NCBI GenBank assembly: GCA_045862955.1
Contig: BTVI01000018.1
Location: 1-64,000 of the forward strand
DNA: 64,000 nt
From: Fimbriimonadales bacterium
Lineage (GTDB): Bacteria; Armatimonadota; Fimbriimonadia; Fimbriimonadales; JABRVX01
Direction: 5' to 3'
The notes under the pieces were generated by a model. The model was given only the letters and a program-made list of their open reading frames with translations, ran no database searches and was not told where the DNA came from. A program made the translations under genes and the position numbers. This document shows, in pieces, positions 38,045-47,543 of the stretch. Position 1 is the stretch's first letter. Every line of letters starts with the position of its first letter.

Positions 38045-38332
38045 ATGAAGATCTCAGGCACTGAATACGAAAAGGTCATGCGCCTCGTTCAGGATCACCT
38101 GGACACCGCCGATTCTCCCACTCCATCCGCCGACGCCACGGAGTCTGCCGTGGACCCCGAAGAGGCGAAGCTGATCGAAGAGATGGTTCGCCGGGTGGAG
38201 GAGCTCCCCGATGTGCGTGAGGACGTGGTGGAGGACATCCGCGCGCGCATCGCGGACGGGACGTACAAAATCAACTCCGCCGCTGTCGCCGAGTTGATGC
38301 TCCGCCGCTCCCGAGCCGACCGCCTGAAGTAG
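38045..38332 (+). CDS. flgM: Anti-sigma-28 factor FlgM
   Basis: LPDVREDVVEDIRARIADGTYKINSAAVAELML matches the FlgM C-terminal motif; sigma-28 promoter upstream. Confidence 0.85.
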   Translation: MKISGTEYEKVMRLVQDHLDTADSPTPSADATESAVDPEEAKLIEEMVRRVEELPDVREDVVEDIRARIADGTYKINSAAVAELMLRRSRADRLK

Positions 38333-38342
38333 CGCGGAATTT

Positions 38343-38423
38343 GGGACTGCGCGAGCCCGCTCGCGCTTTGGCCGCAGGGACCAAAGTGTCGGCGCGATAG
38401 CGCGAGCAGGCTCGCGCAGTCCC
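38343..38423. repeat. REP-like inverted doublet GGGACTGCGCGAG...CTCGCGCAGTCCC (copy 2)
   Basis: Same ends and length as 4853-4933. Confidence 0.75.
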
Positions 38424-38483
38424 ACAGCGCTCCTCCCGCCCCGCTATCCCCGTATCCGCCCTGGAGGATGGGGCAATGGTGTC

Positions 38484-38512
38484 CGTCATGCTGAGCCTGT
38501 CGAAGCATGACG
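38484..38512. repeat. REP-like palindrome CGTCATGCTGAGCCTGTCGAAGCATGACG
   Basis: Exact reverse complement of 14455-14483. Confidence 0.85.
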
Positions 38513-38710
38513 AGCGGGCGCGCCGTCCCTTGTCACTGACGCAGCCTCCCCCCTCGGATGGAGTGCCACCGTCGCCAAGGTGCCTGTCCTTGCCGGCGAG
38601 CAGTCATCCAGTAACTTCCGGCCGACCAACTCGCCATCACCGCCCCACCCGGCCAATGTAGCGATATAATGTATCCACCGGAACTGAACTGGGAAGGGTA
38701 GGTGGATGGT

Positions 38711-41700
38711 ATGCGCTGCTCTGTGCGACTTCTGTGCGCCGCGGCCCTCGCGCTCGGGATGCTCACCCCCGGCCTCGCACGCTGGGACGATGACCAGCGG
38801 GTGCAGGAAGTCGAGGACCACTTCCACTTCGGCGTCTCCCACGACCGCCTGAAAACCGTGTTGCTGAAGAGCAACCACGGCGGCAGGTTCCTCGATCAGG
38901 GAGTGATCCTGGCCCACCAGATGGACCAATGGGACAAGTACCAACAGGGTATCTACTACGACTGGCTGCCGGACTTCATCGAGCTTCTGCAGGTGAAGCT
39001 GCCGGCCGAAACGGATCTGACCGCACTGCTCGAGCTTTATCTTCCCGATTCGCTCGTCGCGACGCTGGGGTTTGTCGGTTTCGCGGGCCAGTTTGGCGGA
39101 CTGGGCGAGGTCTGGAACGTCATGGGGGCATGGGACACGGAGGTCGTCAACGCCGCCGCGAGATATTACGTGGAGAACGCGAAGGACCCCGACGACGACG
39201 AAGACGTCTGGGACCAGATTGCGAGCCAGTGGCCGACTTCCGACCCCGAGCTGTTCCACGCCTTCCTCCGAGACAGCTTCGAGCGCCGTGCCCGCGCCAG
39301 TGCGACGTTGGAGGTAGAGGTCGAACGATTTCGCGCAGACATCACCGCCCTGCTGGCCGGAGCAGCTCGCATCGTCGTGGATACCGATGCCTACCAGATC
39401 GCAGCGCCGATGAGCTTCACCCTGGACGCGACCGACTCGACGGGGACCGAGGGGGCTGCGGTGGTTGCCTGGGAGTGGAGCGTAGATGGGCAAGTCGTGT
39501 CGAGCGAGGCTGTCGTCTCGCTGGACGTCTTGTCGCCCGGGCCGGTGACAGTGCAACTGCGCGTCACCGACGAGGTCGGCGCAGAGTTCACTGCCGGCCG
39601 CACGATCCGTGTCTCTCCTCCACCTGTTACCGTCGAGGGCGTGGACCGCGAGGGACTCCGCGCCACGTTCTCCACCCACACGTCTGCACTGATCGCAAAC
39701 TACACGTGGGACTTCGGGGATGGTACTCCTCCGGTGTCGGGGGCGGATCTGCACGAGGTAACGCACCAGTTCCCCGCACTGGGGCAGTACTCGGTCACGC
39801 TAGTTGTTACTCCGGTGGCCGGCAGCGAGCTGACAGTTGTACGCCACTTCTCCTTCGACCCGATGCCGACGGACGTCGTCGGTGTCGTCGAGAGCAGTCA
39901 GGTGTGGGGACCGGAAGGAAGTCCGTACCGGCTGAGAGGTGTCGTGAGCATACCGCCGGGCGTGCGTGTAACGTTACTTCCGGGTGCGGTGGTACAGGGG
40001 TGGTCTAATGGGCCCTATCCCGGGCGTTTGGTGGTAGATGGCGAGCTCGTGTCGCATGGCAGATTCGGCAGTTCGCAGCGAGTCCACTTCACCTCCTATC
40101 GGGATGAGTCGGCACCCACTTTGGGGGGTAGCGACGAGGGACAGACGGGCGACTGGCAGGGGTTGCAGTTCAGCGTTGGCGCCTTCGAGACCCTCACCGG
40201 GTCGGTGGTGCGCTACGGGGCTACTGGCGTTGGAGGTTCACCCGCGGTAGTGTCCGGAGTGCGGTTCGAGAGGAACGGCGTGGGAGTGTCCATTCAGAAC
40301 CGGGTGTCTCCTGTGTTAGTGGACTGCGAGTTCTACGGTTCCACTAGCTACGCCGCCTACCTCCAGTCCTGCACGGGCCGCCTGAGCTTCCGCGGCCTCT
40401 CCGGCACGGGCAACAAGACGAACGGGCTGTTCCTGCACACGGCGACAGTGTCGCAGGATAGTGTGTGGCACAGCAATCCAGACTTTGCCTACGTGATAGG
40501 CTACTCCTGCTACATCGGCTCCGGTGCAAGGCTGTCCGTGGGACCAGGCGCGGTGGTGAAGATCGAGCGCTCGGGCACAGGCGACACCTATTCGCTGCAG
40601 GTCGAGGGGTTTCTCATCGCATCGGGAACTGATAGTTCGCCCGTGTACTTCACGAGCTTGAAAGACGACAGCGTGGCTGGCGATACCAACGGAGATGGAA
40701 GCGCGAGTGCCCCTGCTCGCGGTGACTGGAACCGTATCGTTGTGAATGCAGCCGGGGCGAGCGCGGTGTTGGATCACTGCGTGGTTCGCTACGGTGGCCG
40801 ATCCGGGTCGGGAGCAACAGGCAGTGTGGCCGGCTATATTGGCACGTCGCTCGTCTTACGCGATACCGTAGTCGAGAACGGCGACAGCATTGGAGTCTAC
40901 GCCAGCCAAGGGTCTCTCCTGATGTCTCGTTCCACGGTCCAAAGGGTCAGGGGGTCGGGTGTACTAATTGCAGACGCAGTCGCAGATATCAACGCCTGCA
41001 TAATAAGGGAGAATGAGGGAACAGGACTTGATCTTATCATTCCATCCTCGCTTATAGTAGTGAACAACACCGTGTTCGAGAGCAACAGCGATCATGCCGT
41101 CCTTGTAGACGGTTTTGCGCCCGGCCTTGCGTTCCCGGGGTGTACTTTCTCGGGGAATCGTACGAACGGGGTGTACGTAAAGGGCTTCCAGGCTTCAGCA
41201 GATAGTCTTTGGCAGGGGCATTCTGGCTTCGCCTATCTCATCGAAGGTGCTGCTATCAACAAGGGCGCGACACTGACTCTGGGCGCGGGTACCATCGTGA
41301 AGATGATCAGTACTACAACTGGCGCATTCATCAACGTTAAAGGGTCCTTGGTAGCTCAAGGCACGCCGCAGGAGCCTGTATACCTGACTAGCTACAGAGA
41401 CGACTCCTTAGGCGGGGATACGAACGGGGATGGCGCTGGAACCGCACCGGCCCCAGGTGATTGGGGTGCGATACGGACGAACGAACCTCTCGCCCGCGTT
41501 CTCCTTGAGCACTGCGTGCTGCGCTACGGCGGCAAGACCGACGGGGTGTTCCCAAGCCCGATCTTAGAAGCAGGGGTCAGCTCGGAGATAGTACTCGATA
41601 ACACGACTATCGAGAGAAGTGCTGGTTACGGAGTGCGAGTTGACCGAGGGTCTCTGATCATGACCGCCTCCGTCGTGAGGGATAACCCGCGCACGGGCCT

Positions 41701-44077
41701 TGAAGTGTCCCAGAGTCTCCTCGACATGCGCGATTGTGAGGTTCGAGGTAATGGAAAACTTCAGGACTCGGGCGTTCTTGCCTCCAAGTGTCTTGTTAGA
41801 TTGAGCAACTGTGTGGTGCAGGACAACGGGGGGTACGGTGTTAGGCTCACCAACCCATCTTGGATGCCAGAGCTGACCGGTCTATCCTTTACAAGCAACC
41901 GCAATTTGGCGCTGAGCATTGAGTCATATGTGGGCCCTCTGGACATCCGTAGCGACGGCTTCACCTTTTCTGGCAACAAAGTGAACGGAGTGTCCCTGTC
42001 CAGCTGTACCCTGACGGGAGAAAGCGTCTGGGAGGGTCATCCGGACGTGGCGTACGTAGTGGGTTGGGAGAACTCTATTGCCTCGGGCGCGAGGCTGACG
42101 ATAGGGGCCGGGACTGTGGTGAAGATGGGTGGCCGGTCTACAACCGATTCGTCTTCACTGCAGGTAAAGGGTGCACTTGTCGTCCGGGGTTCTGCCGATC
42201 GGCCGGTGTGGTTCACCAGCCTGAAGGACGATTCTGTCGGGGGGGACACGAATGGAGACGGGAATGCCAGCGCTGCTGCCCCTGGGGACTGGAATAGGAT
42301 CGTTCTTAGCGCGCCGGGGGCGACCGCAGTCTTGGAACATTGCGTAGTACGGTACGGGGGCTACTGGGCCCCTTTGCCGGGTAGCCTGGCCGGCCTAGAG
42401 AACACCACTATTGCCTTACGCGACTCGGTTGTGGAGCGAAGCTACCTGGACGGAGTGTACGTTCTCAAGGGCTCCCTTGAGATGATAGGTTGCACGGTTC
42501 GGGAGAATGGGAGGAACGGGGTGGTCCTGCTCAGTACCTCGTCGCCGCCCACAGTGGCTAACACCGCCTTCGTGGCGAACGCGGACGACCCGGTGATCAT
42601 CTCTGACTATTCCGGCCCACTGACGTTTCCCGGTCCCGGGTGCACCTTCTCGGGCAGCAGGAATGGCGTCTTTATTTCGGGCTGCACTCTATCTGGCGAC
42701 AGCGTGTGGGAAGGGCATCAGGGCTTTGCGTACGTCCTTGGGTGGTACTGCTCGGTTGCTGAAGGTGGGACCCTGACTCTGGAGCCCGGGACAGTGGTAA
42801 AGGTGGCTGGCCGAAGCAACAGCGACCTGCCTTCCCTGCAGGTGAAGGGGTCACTAGTAGCACGTGGCGCTCCAGGCTCACCGGTGTTCTTCACGAGCCT
42901 GAAGGACGACAGCGTGTCGGGCGATACGAACGGTGATGGCGGAGCTAGCGCGCCTGCTCCGGGAGACTGGAACCGCATAGTCCTAAACGCAGAGGGGGCA
43001 ACGGCCGTGCTTCAGCACTGTGTAGTTCGATATGGCGGATACTACGACAAAGGGAGTATCGCGGGCTACCAAGTCGCCTCTGTGACTCTGCGCAATTCGG
43101 TGGTTGAGCGTAGCCTGCGTAGCGGCGTGTACATCGATCAGGGCTCGGCAACCACGGTAACCGACAGCGTCTTCTGGCAGAACACCGGCACCGCCCTCGA
43201 GATCGCCTTGTGCTCCGATGCACTCATCTCGAACGTCAGCCTCGCCAAGAACCAGCAGGCGATTGCGACCTACTCCTCCACCGTCACGGTGGCCAATACC
43301 ATCGCCGCGTATAACACCTCCGGCATCCTCCGCTCGGGAGGAACGCTGAATCTTGTCAATAACTGCGTATACGGAAACACGAACTACAATTACAGCGGCG
43401 TCTCGCCAGGCAGCTCCGACATCTCCGTTGACCCCAAGTTCTGGAACCTAGCCCTGGGAGACCTGCACCTGAAGGATGGCTCGCCATGCGTTGATGCGGG
43501 GGATGACAGCTTCGTGCAGCCGGGCCAGACAGACATTGACGGCCAGCTGCGCATCTACGGCCCGCGCGTGGACATCGGAGCAGACGAGTGGGCTCCTGGC
43601 TACGTCGGCCCCGCGGGGCCGCCCGTCGAGGCGGACAAGAACGTGAAAATCCGCATCCGAGGCCGAGTGGTGTTCCGGGACTACCTCGGCGTCATGCCGA
43701 CCAGCGTGCTCCTTGAGCTACGCAACCCCGGGTCCACGGATGCCTTCGCCAGCGAGACGGTTGCCCTCTCGCCCACTGGGGCTTTCACGCTTGCGGCACC
43801 GTCCCGACCCTTCGACCTGTCGCTGAAGCACAGCCATTGGCTCCGCCGCACGCTGCCCATCGTTCTGGGTGGGGACCCGAACGCGGAGGTGGTGTTTGCC
43901 CTCATCAACGGCGACGTGAATGCCGACAACCGCGTGGACCTGGAGGACCTCTCACGCATCCTAATCGCTTTCACGCAGCAAGGCCCTCGAGACGAGGATC
44001 TGAACGGGGATGGCGTGGTCGGCCTGCCCGACCTGAGCATCGCGCTCCGGAACTTCGCCCGCGTCGGCGACACGTAA
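38711..44077 (+). CDS. Large secreted protein: PKD domains, right-handed beta-helix repeats, C-terminal dockerin-like module
   Basis: Signal peptide; YTWDFGDG; four PV.FTSLKDDSV.GDTNGDG...APGDW-type repeats; DLHLKDGSPCVDAG...DIGADE; NGDVNADNRVDLED...DLNGDGVVGLPD. Confidence 0.85.
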   Translation: MRCSVRLLCAAALALGMLTPGLARWDDDQRVQEVEDHFHFGVSHDRLKTVLLKSNHGGRFLDQGVILAHQMDQWDKYQQGIYYDWLPDFIELLQVKLPAETDLTALLELYLPDSLVATLGFVGFAGQFGGLGEVWNVMGAWDTEVVNAAARYYVENAKDPDDDEDVWDQIASQWPTSDPELFHAFLRDSFERRARASATLEVEVERFRADITALLAGAARIVVDTDAYQIAAPMSFTLDATDSTGTEGAAVVAWEWSVDGQVVSSEAVVSLDVLSPGPVTVQLRVTDEVGAEFTAGRTIRVSPPPVTVEGVDREGLRATFSTHTSALIANYTWDFGDGTPPVSGADLHEVTHQFPALGQYSVTLVVTPVAGSELTVVRHFSFDPMPTDVVGVVESSQVWGPEGSPYRLRGVVSIPPGVRVTLLPGAVVQGWSNGPYPGRLVVDGELVSHGRFGSSQRVHFTSYRDESAPTLGGSDEGQTGDWQGLQFSVGAFETLTGSVVRYGATGVGGSPAVVSGVRFERNGVGVSIQNRVSPVLVDCEFYGSTSYAAYLQSCTGRLSFRGLSGTGNKTNGLFLHTATVSQDSVWHSNPDFAYVIGYSCYIGSGARLSVGPGAVVKIERSGTGDTYSLQVEGFLIASGTDSSPVYFTSLKDDSVAGDTNGDGSASAPARGDWNRIVVNAAGASAVLDHCVVRYGGRSGSGATGSVAGYIGTSLVLRDTVVENGDSIGVYASQGSLLMSRSTVQRVRGSGVLIADAVADINACIIRENEGTGLDLIIPSSLIVVNNTVFESNSDHAVLVDGFAPGLAFPGCTFSGNRTNGVYVKGFQASADSLWQGHSGFAYLIEGAAINKGATLTLGAGTIVKMISTTTGAFINVKGSLVAQGTPQEPVYLTSYRDDSLGGDTNGDGAGTAPAPGDWGAIRTNEPLARVLLEHCVLRYGGKTDGVFPSPILEAGVSSEIVLDNTTIERSAGYGVRVDRGSLIMTASVVRDNPRTGLEVSQSLLDMRDCEVRGNGKLQDSGVLASKCLVRLSNCVVQDNGGYGVRLTNPSWMPELTGLSFTSNRNLALSIESYVGPLDIRSDGFTFSGNKVNGVSLSSCTLTGESVWEGHPDVAYVVGWENSIASGARLTIGAGTVVKMGGRSTTDSSSLQVKGALVVRGSADRPVWFTSLKDDSVGGDTNGDGNASAAAPGDWNRIVLSAPGATAVLEHCVVRYGGYWAPLPGSLAGLENTTIALRDSVVERSYLDGVYVLKGSLEMIGCTVRENGRNGVVLLSTSSPPTVANTAFVANADDPVIISDYSGPLTFPGPGCTFSGSRNGVFISGCTLSGDSVWEGHQGFAYVLGWYCSVAEGGTLTLEPGTVVKVAGRSNSDLPSLQVKGSLVARGAPGSPVFFTSLKDDSVSGDTNGDGGASAPAPGDWNRIVLNAEGATAVLQHCVVRYGGYYDKGSIAGYQVASVTLRNSVVERSLRSGVYIDQGSATTVTDSVFWQNTGTALEIALCSDALISNVSLAKNQQAIATYSSTVTVANTIAAYNTSGILRSGGTLNLVNNCVYGNTNYNYSGVSPGSSDISVDPKFWNLALGDLHLKDGSPCVDAGDDSFVQPGQTDIDGQLRIYGPRVDIGADEWAPGYVGPAGPPVEADKNVKIRIRGRVVFRDYLGVMPTSVLLELRNPGSTDAFASETVALSPTGAFTLAAPSRPFDLSLKHSHWLRRTLPIVLGGDPNAEVVFALINGDVNADNRVDLEDLSRILIAFTQQGPRDEDLNGDGVVGLPDLSIALRNFARVGDT

Positions 44078-44128
44078 GCAGGGACCCTTCGGGAGGTATG
44101 GTAGCTCTGGCCGCAGAATAGGCGGGTT

Positions 44129-44890
44129 GTGGCAACCTGGGGTGTCGTGAATCAGAAGGGCGGCGTCGGCAAGACCACTACCGTGGTGAACCTGGCGGCC
44201 GCTCTGGCTATGCAGGGCGCGCGCGTGCTGGTGGTGGACGCCGACCCGCAGGGCAACGCCACCACCGGACTAGGTGTGCCGAAGAACGGGTTGCACGTCA
44301 GCCTCTACCACGTGCTCGCCGAGGGTAGGCCGGCCGCCGAGGCGGTGGTCGAGACGTGCGTGGAGGGCTGCAGGCTTCTCCCAGCCACCCTGGACCTCGC
44401 CGGTGCGGAGCTCGCGCTTATGGGCCAGGTGGCACGCGAGGGCGCCCTGCGTCGGGCCATTGAGCCGCTGGTGGGCGACACGGACTGGCTGCTCCTGGAC
44501 AGTCCGCCTTCGCTCGGCCTGCTAACACTGAACACGCTGGTCGCCAGCGACCGTCTGTTGGTGCCGATGCAGTGCGAGTTCTATGCGCTGGAGGGCCTCG
44601 CCCAGTTGCTGCGAACCATCGAAATCGTCCGCGCGCATCTAAACCCCGGACTAGCAGTTGGCAAGGTGATTCTCACCATGTACGATTCACGCACGAAGCT
44701 GGCGACCGAGGTGGCGAAGGAGATTCGGAGTTTCTTCGGCGACGTGGTCTCGCCTACCACGGTGCCGCGTAACGTGCGCCTGAGCGAGGCACCCAGCTTC
44801 GGTGTCCCGGGGGTGCTGCGTTCACCCGACGCGCCCGGTAGCAGGGCCTACATCAAGTTGGCGAAGGAGATGATGCAAGATGTTCGGTAA
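44129..44890 (+). CDS. parA: Chromosome partitioning ATPase ParA/Soj
   Basis: NQKGGVGKTTT, DADPQGNAT, DSPPSLG, QCEFYALEGL, PRNVRLSEAPSFG. Confidence 0.95.
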   Translation: MATWGVVNQKGGVGKTTTVVNLAAALAMQGARVLVVDADPQGNATTGLGVPKNGLHVSLYHVLAEGRPAAEAVVETCVEGCRLLPATLDLAGAELALMGQVAREGALRRAIEPLVGDTDWLLLDSPPSLGLLTLNTLVASDRLLVPMQCEFYALEGLAQLLRTIEIVRAHLNPGLAVGKVILTMYDSRTKLATEVAKEIRSFFGDVVSPTTVPRNVRLSEAPSFGVPGVLRSPDAPGSRAYIKLAKEMMQDVR

Positions 44891-45734
44891 TCGCTTGGGG
44901 AAGGGCCTATCGGAGCTGGTTTCGGAAGCAGCGGGGCGCGATTCGGTGCACGAGCTCCCTGTCGAGCACGTTCTGCCCAACCCTCTACAGCCGCGGCGCT
45001 CGTTCGACGAGGCGATGCTCAGGGAGCTTGCCGACACCATTCGCGAGCAGGGCATTCTTCAGCCGTTAGTTGTCCGTCAGGTCGGGCACGACCGCTATGA
45101 GCTCATCGCGGGCGAGCGGAGGCTTCGTGCGGCCAAGATGGCGGGCCTCGCGCGCGTTCCGGCGGTGATCCGCGCGGCAGACGACCGCCAGATGTTGGAG
45201 CTGGCGCTGGTGGAGAACCTGCAGCGCGAAGATGTGAACCCTGCCGACGCGGCTCTAGCCTACCGAAAGCTGTCCACTGACTTCGGCCTAACGCAGGAGC
45301 AGATAGCGGCTCGCGTGGGCAAGTCCCGTGGCGTCATCGCCAACACCTTGCGCCTTCTTAGTCTTCCCGCCCCGATGTTCGAGAGTGTGCGGCGAGGCGA
45401 GATCACGGAGGGGCATGCACGCGCGATCTTGGCCTTGGACGACGAGGGCCTGCAGCGCGAGCTACATAGGCAGATCGTAGACGAGGGCCTCTCCGTGAGA
45501 GAGGCGGAGCGTCGCTCACGGTTCTTCCGTCGTCCGCCGGACGTTGCGGTCGTGGAACCGGTCAGCGTGCCTCCTGAGGACCCGAACTGGCTCCGGATCG
45601 AGGAGTCACTCAGCGAGCGCATCGGTGCGCGAGTGCAGATCGTGCGCGTGGGTAGCGGCGGGAGGATTCAGATACCGTTCTATGACCAGGAGGACCTGTC
45701 ACGCATTCTGGAGGTATTCGGCATCCTCGGGTAG
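44880..45734 (+). CDS. parB: Chromosome partitioning protein ParB/Spo0J
   Basis: LGKGL, PNPLQPR, IAGERRLRAA, ALVENLQRED, HTH. Confidence 0.95.
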   Translation: MFGNRLGKGLSELVSEAAGRDSVHELPVEHVLPNPLQPRRSFDEAMLRELADTIREQGILQPLVVRQVGHDRYELIAGERRLRAAKMAGLARVPAVIRAADDRQMLELALVENLQREDVNPADAALAYRKLSTDFGLTQEQIAARVGKSRGVIANTLRLLSLPAPMFESVRRGEITEGHARAILALDDEGLQRELHRQIVDEGLSVREAERRSRFFRRPPDVAVVEPVSVPPEDPNWLRIEESLSERIGARVQIVRVGSGGRIQIPFYDQEDLSRILEVFGILG

Positions 45735-45745
45735 GTCGCAGCCTC

Positions 45746-45761
45746 TGTCACACGTGTTACG
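45746..45761. promoter_or_regulatory. parS-like palindrome
   Basis: TGTCACACGTGTTACG 11 bp after the parB stop; CACGTG core of TGTTNCACGTGAAACA with 4 mismatches. Confidence 0.45.
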
Positions 45762-45771
45762 CCACGGGCGT

Positions 45772-46581
45772 CTACCGGGCCGAGCGCGGGTCCCACTTGG
45801 TCTTCAGGTGGTCTCCCAACAGGTTCAGGCTAATCACCGTCAGGCTCAGGGTCGCGCACGGGACGAACACCAGCAGCCAGTCGGTTCGCATGTACTCCCG
45901 GCCCGTGCTGATCAGCGAACCCCAACTCGGGTGAGGCGGTGGGATGCCGATGCCCAGGAAGCTGAGGGCAGACTCTGCGAGCACCACCGAGGCCAGGTCT
46001 ACAGTTGCGGCAGCCAGGACCACGCCCGCCAGATGCGGCACCAGGTGCCGGAACACGGTGTGCGCCGTTGTGGCCCCCGCTGCCCGCGCAGCCCGAACGA
46101 ACAGGCTCTGCTTCAGTGAGAGGGTCTGCCCGCGAACCAACCGAGCCATTGAGGGCCAGCCCACAGCGGTCAAAGCGGCAATCACGGGAAGGGGCCCGGG
46201 TCCAGCGATGCCGACGATCAGGATGGCGAGCAGAATGTCCGGGAACGCAAACAGCCCATCGGTGAGACGCATGAGGCCGGCATCCACCCGGCCACCGCGC
46301 AGCGCAGCGGCAATCCCGACGGCGGTGCCAATCGCTACGGTGGCGGCCACCACCGCTAACCCAACTCCCATGGAGACACGGGCGCCATGAACCAGTCGAC
46401 TTGCCACATCCCGCCCAAGATGATCGGTCCCTAGGCAATGACGGCTGCTGGGCGCCTCACGACGCGCTGCAGGGTCCTGCTCGTACGGGCTATGCGGGAC
46501 GATGAGCGGCGCAGCGACGGCCGCGATCAGAACCAGCGCCAGGTATGCACAGCACAACGTGATGAGGATGCGCCCCGACAC
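45772..46581 (-). CDS. Peptide ABC transporter permease (OppC/DppC-like)
   Basis: LGTDHLGRDV, ESALSFLGIG...PSWG. Confidence 0.92.
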   Translation of the reverse strand: MSGRILITLCCAYLALVLIAAVAAPLIVPHSPYEQDPAARREAPSSRHCLGTDHLGRDVASRLVHGARVSMGVGLAVVAATVAIGTAVGIAAALRGGRVDAGLMRLTDGLFAFPDILLAILIVGIAGPGPLPVIAALTAVGWPSMARLVRGQTLSLKQSLFVRAARAAGATTAHTVFRHLVPHLAGVVLAAATVDLASVVLAESALSFLGIGIPPPHPSWGSLISTGREYMRTDWLLVFVPCATLSLTVISLNLLGDHLKTKWDPRSAR

Positions 46582-47543
46582 TACACGCTCCTCCTGCGAA
46601 GGTCCGCACGTACCCTAGGGTCAACGCGAGCCTGGACGATGTCAACGAGGAGGTTGACAATCACGAAGGCCGCTGCGAACAACACGGTGGTCGCTTGAAT
46701 CATGGGGTAGTCGCGCTGCTGGATAGCCTGAATCGCTCGATAACCCAGGCCGGGGATGGCAAACGCTGTCTCCACAATGAAGGAACCCGTCAACAGGTAC
46801 CCAAAGCTCGTGCCGATGACGATCAGTGTAGGAGTAAGGGCATTCGGCAGCGCATGACGGAAGATGACGCCCCAGCGCGAAACGCCCTTCGCTCGAGCGG
46901 TCCGAATGAAGTCGCCGGACAGCGCGTCGATCATCGCGGTCCGCGTCAACCGCATTACGGCCGCCATCGGACGCACTGCCAGCACGATGACTGGTAGCAC
47001 CAGATAAGGCAGAAGGCCGCGAGAAGAGTCTCCCCAGCCCGCCACCTCCGCCCACTCCAGGTGCAGGGCGAACACCAGCACGAGAAGCGGCGCCAGTACG
47101 AAGTTCGGTACACCCAGCCCGGCTACTCCAAAGGTGACCACCAGTCTGTCCAGCCGCCTACCGGCGTTCACCGCTGCGATGATGCCGAGCGCGATCCCGG
47201 TAGTGGCGGCCAAGCACATCGCCAGACACGCAAGCAGCGCCGTCGGCCCATAGGTCTGGACAATGATGTCCCTCACCGGCCTAGGATCGAAGAACGAGCG
47301 ACCGAAGTCGAGTGTCACGGCACCCCAGACGAAGGAGGCAAAACGAACGTAGGCCGGACGGTCCAGCCCGTACTCGTGGCGGAGCCTCGTGACCGCTTCA
47401 GGAGTGGCATGCTCACCCGCCATCACCTGAATCGGGTCGCTCGGTGCAAGCTCCGCCGCGACGAAGGTGAGGGCTGAGACGAACAGGAGCGTCGGGATAG
47501 CCATCAGCAGCCGCTTCCCGACGAATCGCCACTCCGACTTCAC
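46581..47543 (-). CDS. Peptide ABC transporter permease (OppB/DppB-like)
   Basis: YGLDRP, DFIRTARAKG, HALPNAL, RDYPMIQ; GTG start overlaps the binding-protein stop. Confidence 0.92.
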   Translation of the reverse strand: MKSEWRFVGKRLLMAIPTLLFVSALTFVAAELAPSDPIQVMAGEHATPEAVTRLRHEYGLDRPAYVRFASFVWGAVTLDFGRSFFDPRPVRDIIVQTYGPTALLACLAMCLAATTGIALGIIAAVNAGRRLDRLVVTFGVAGLGVPNFVLAPLLVLVFALHLEWAEVAGWGDSSRGLLPYLVLPVIVLAVRPMAAVMRLTRTAMIDALSGDFIRTARAKGVSRWGVIFRHALPNALTPTLIVIGTSFGYLLTGSFIVETAFAIPGLGYRAIQAIQQRDYPMIQATTVLFAAAFVIVNLLVDIVQARVDPRVRADLRRRSV

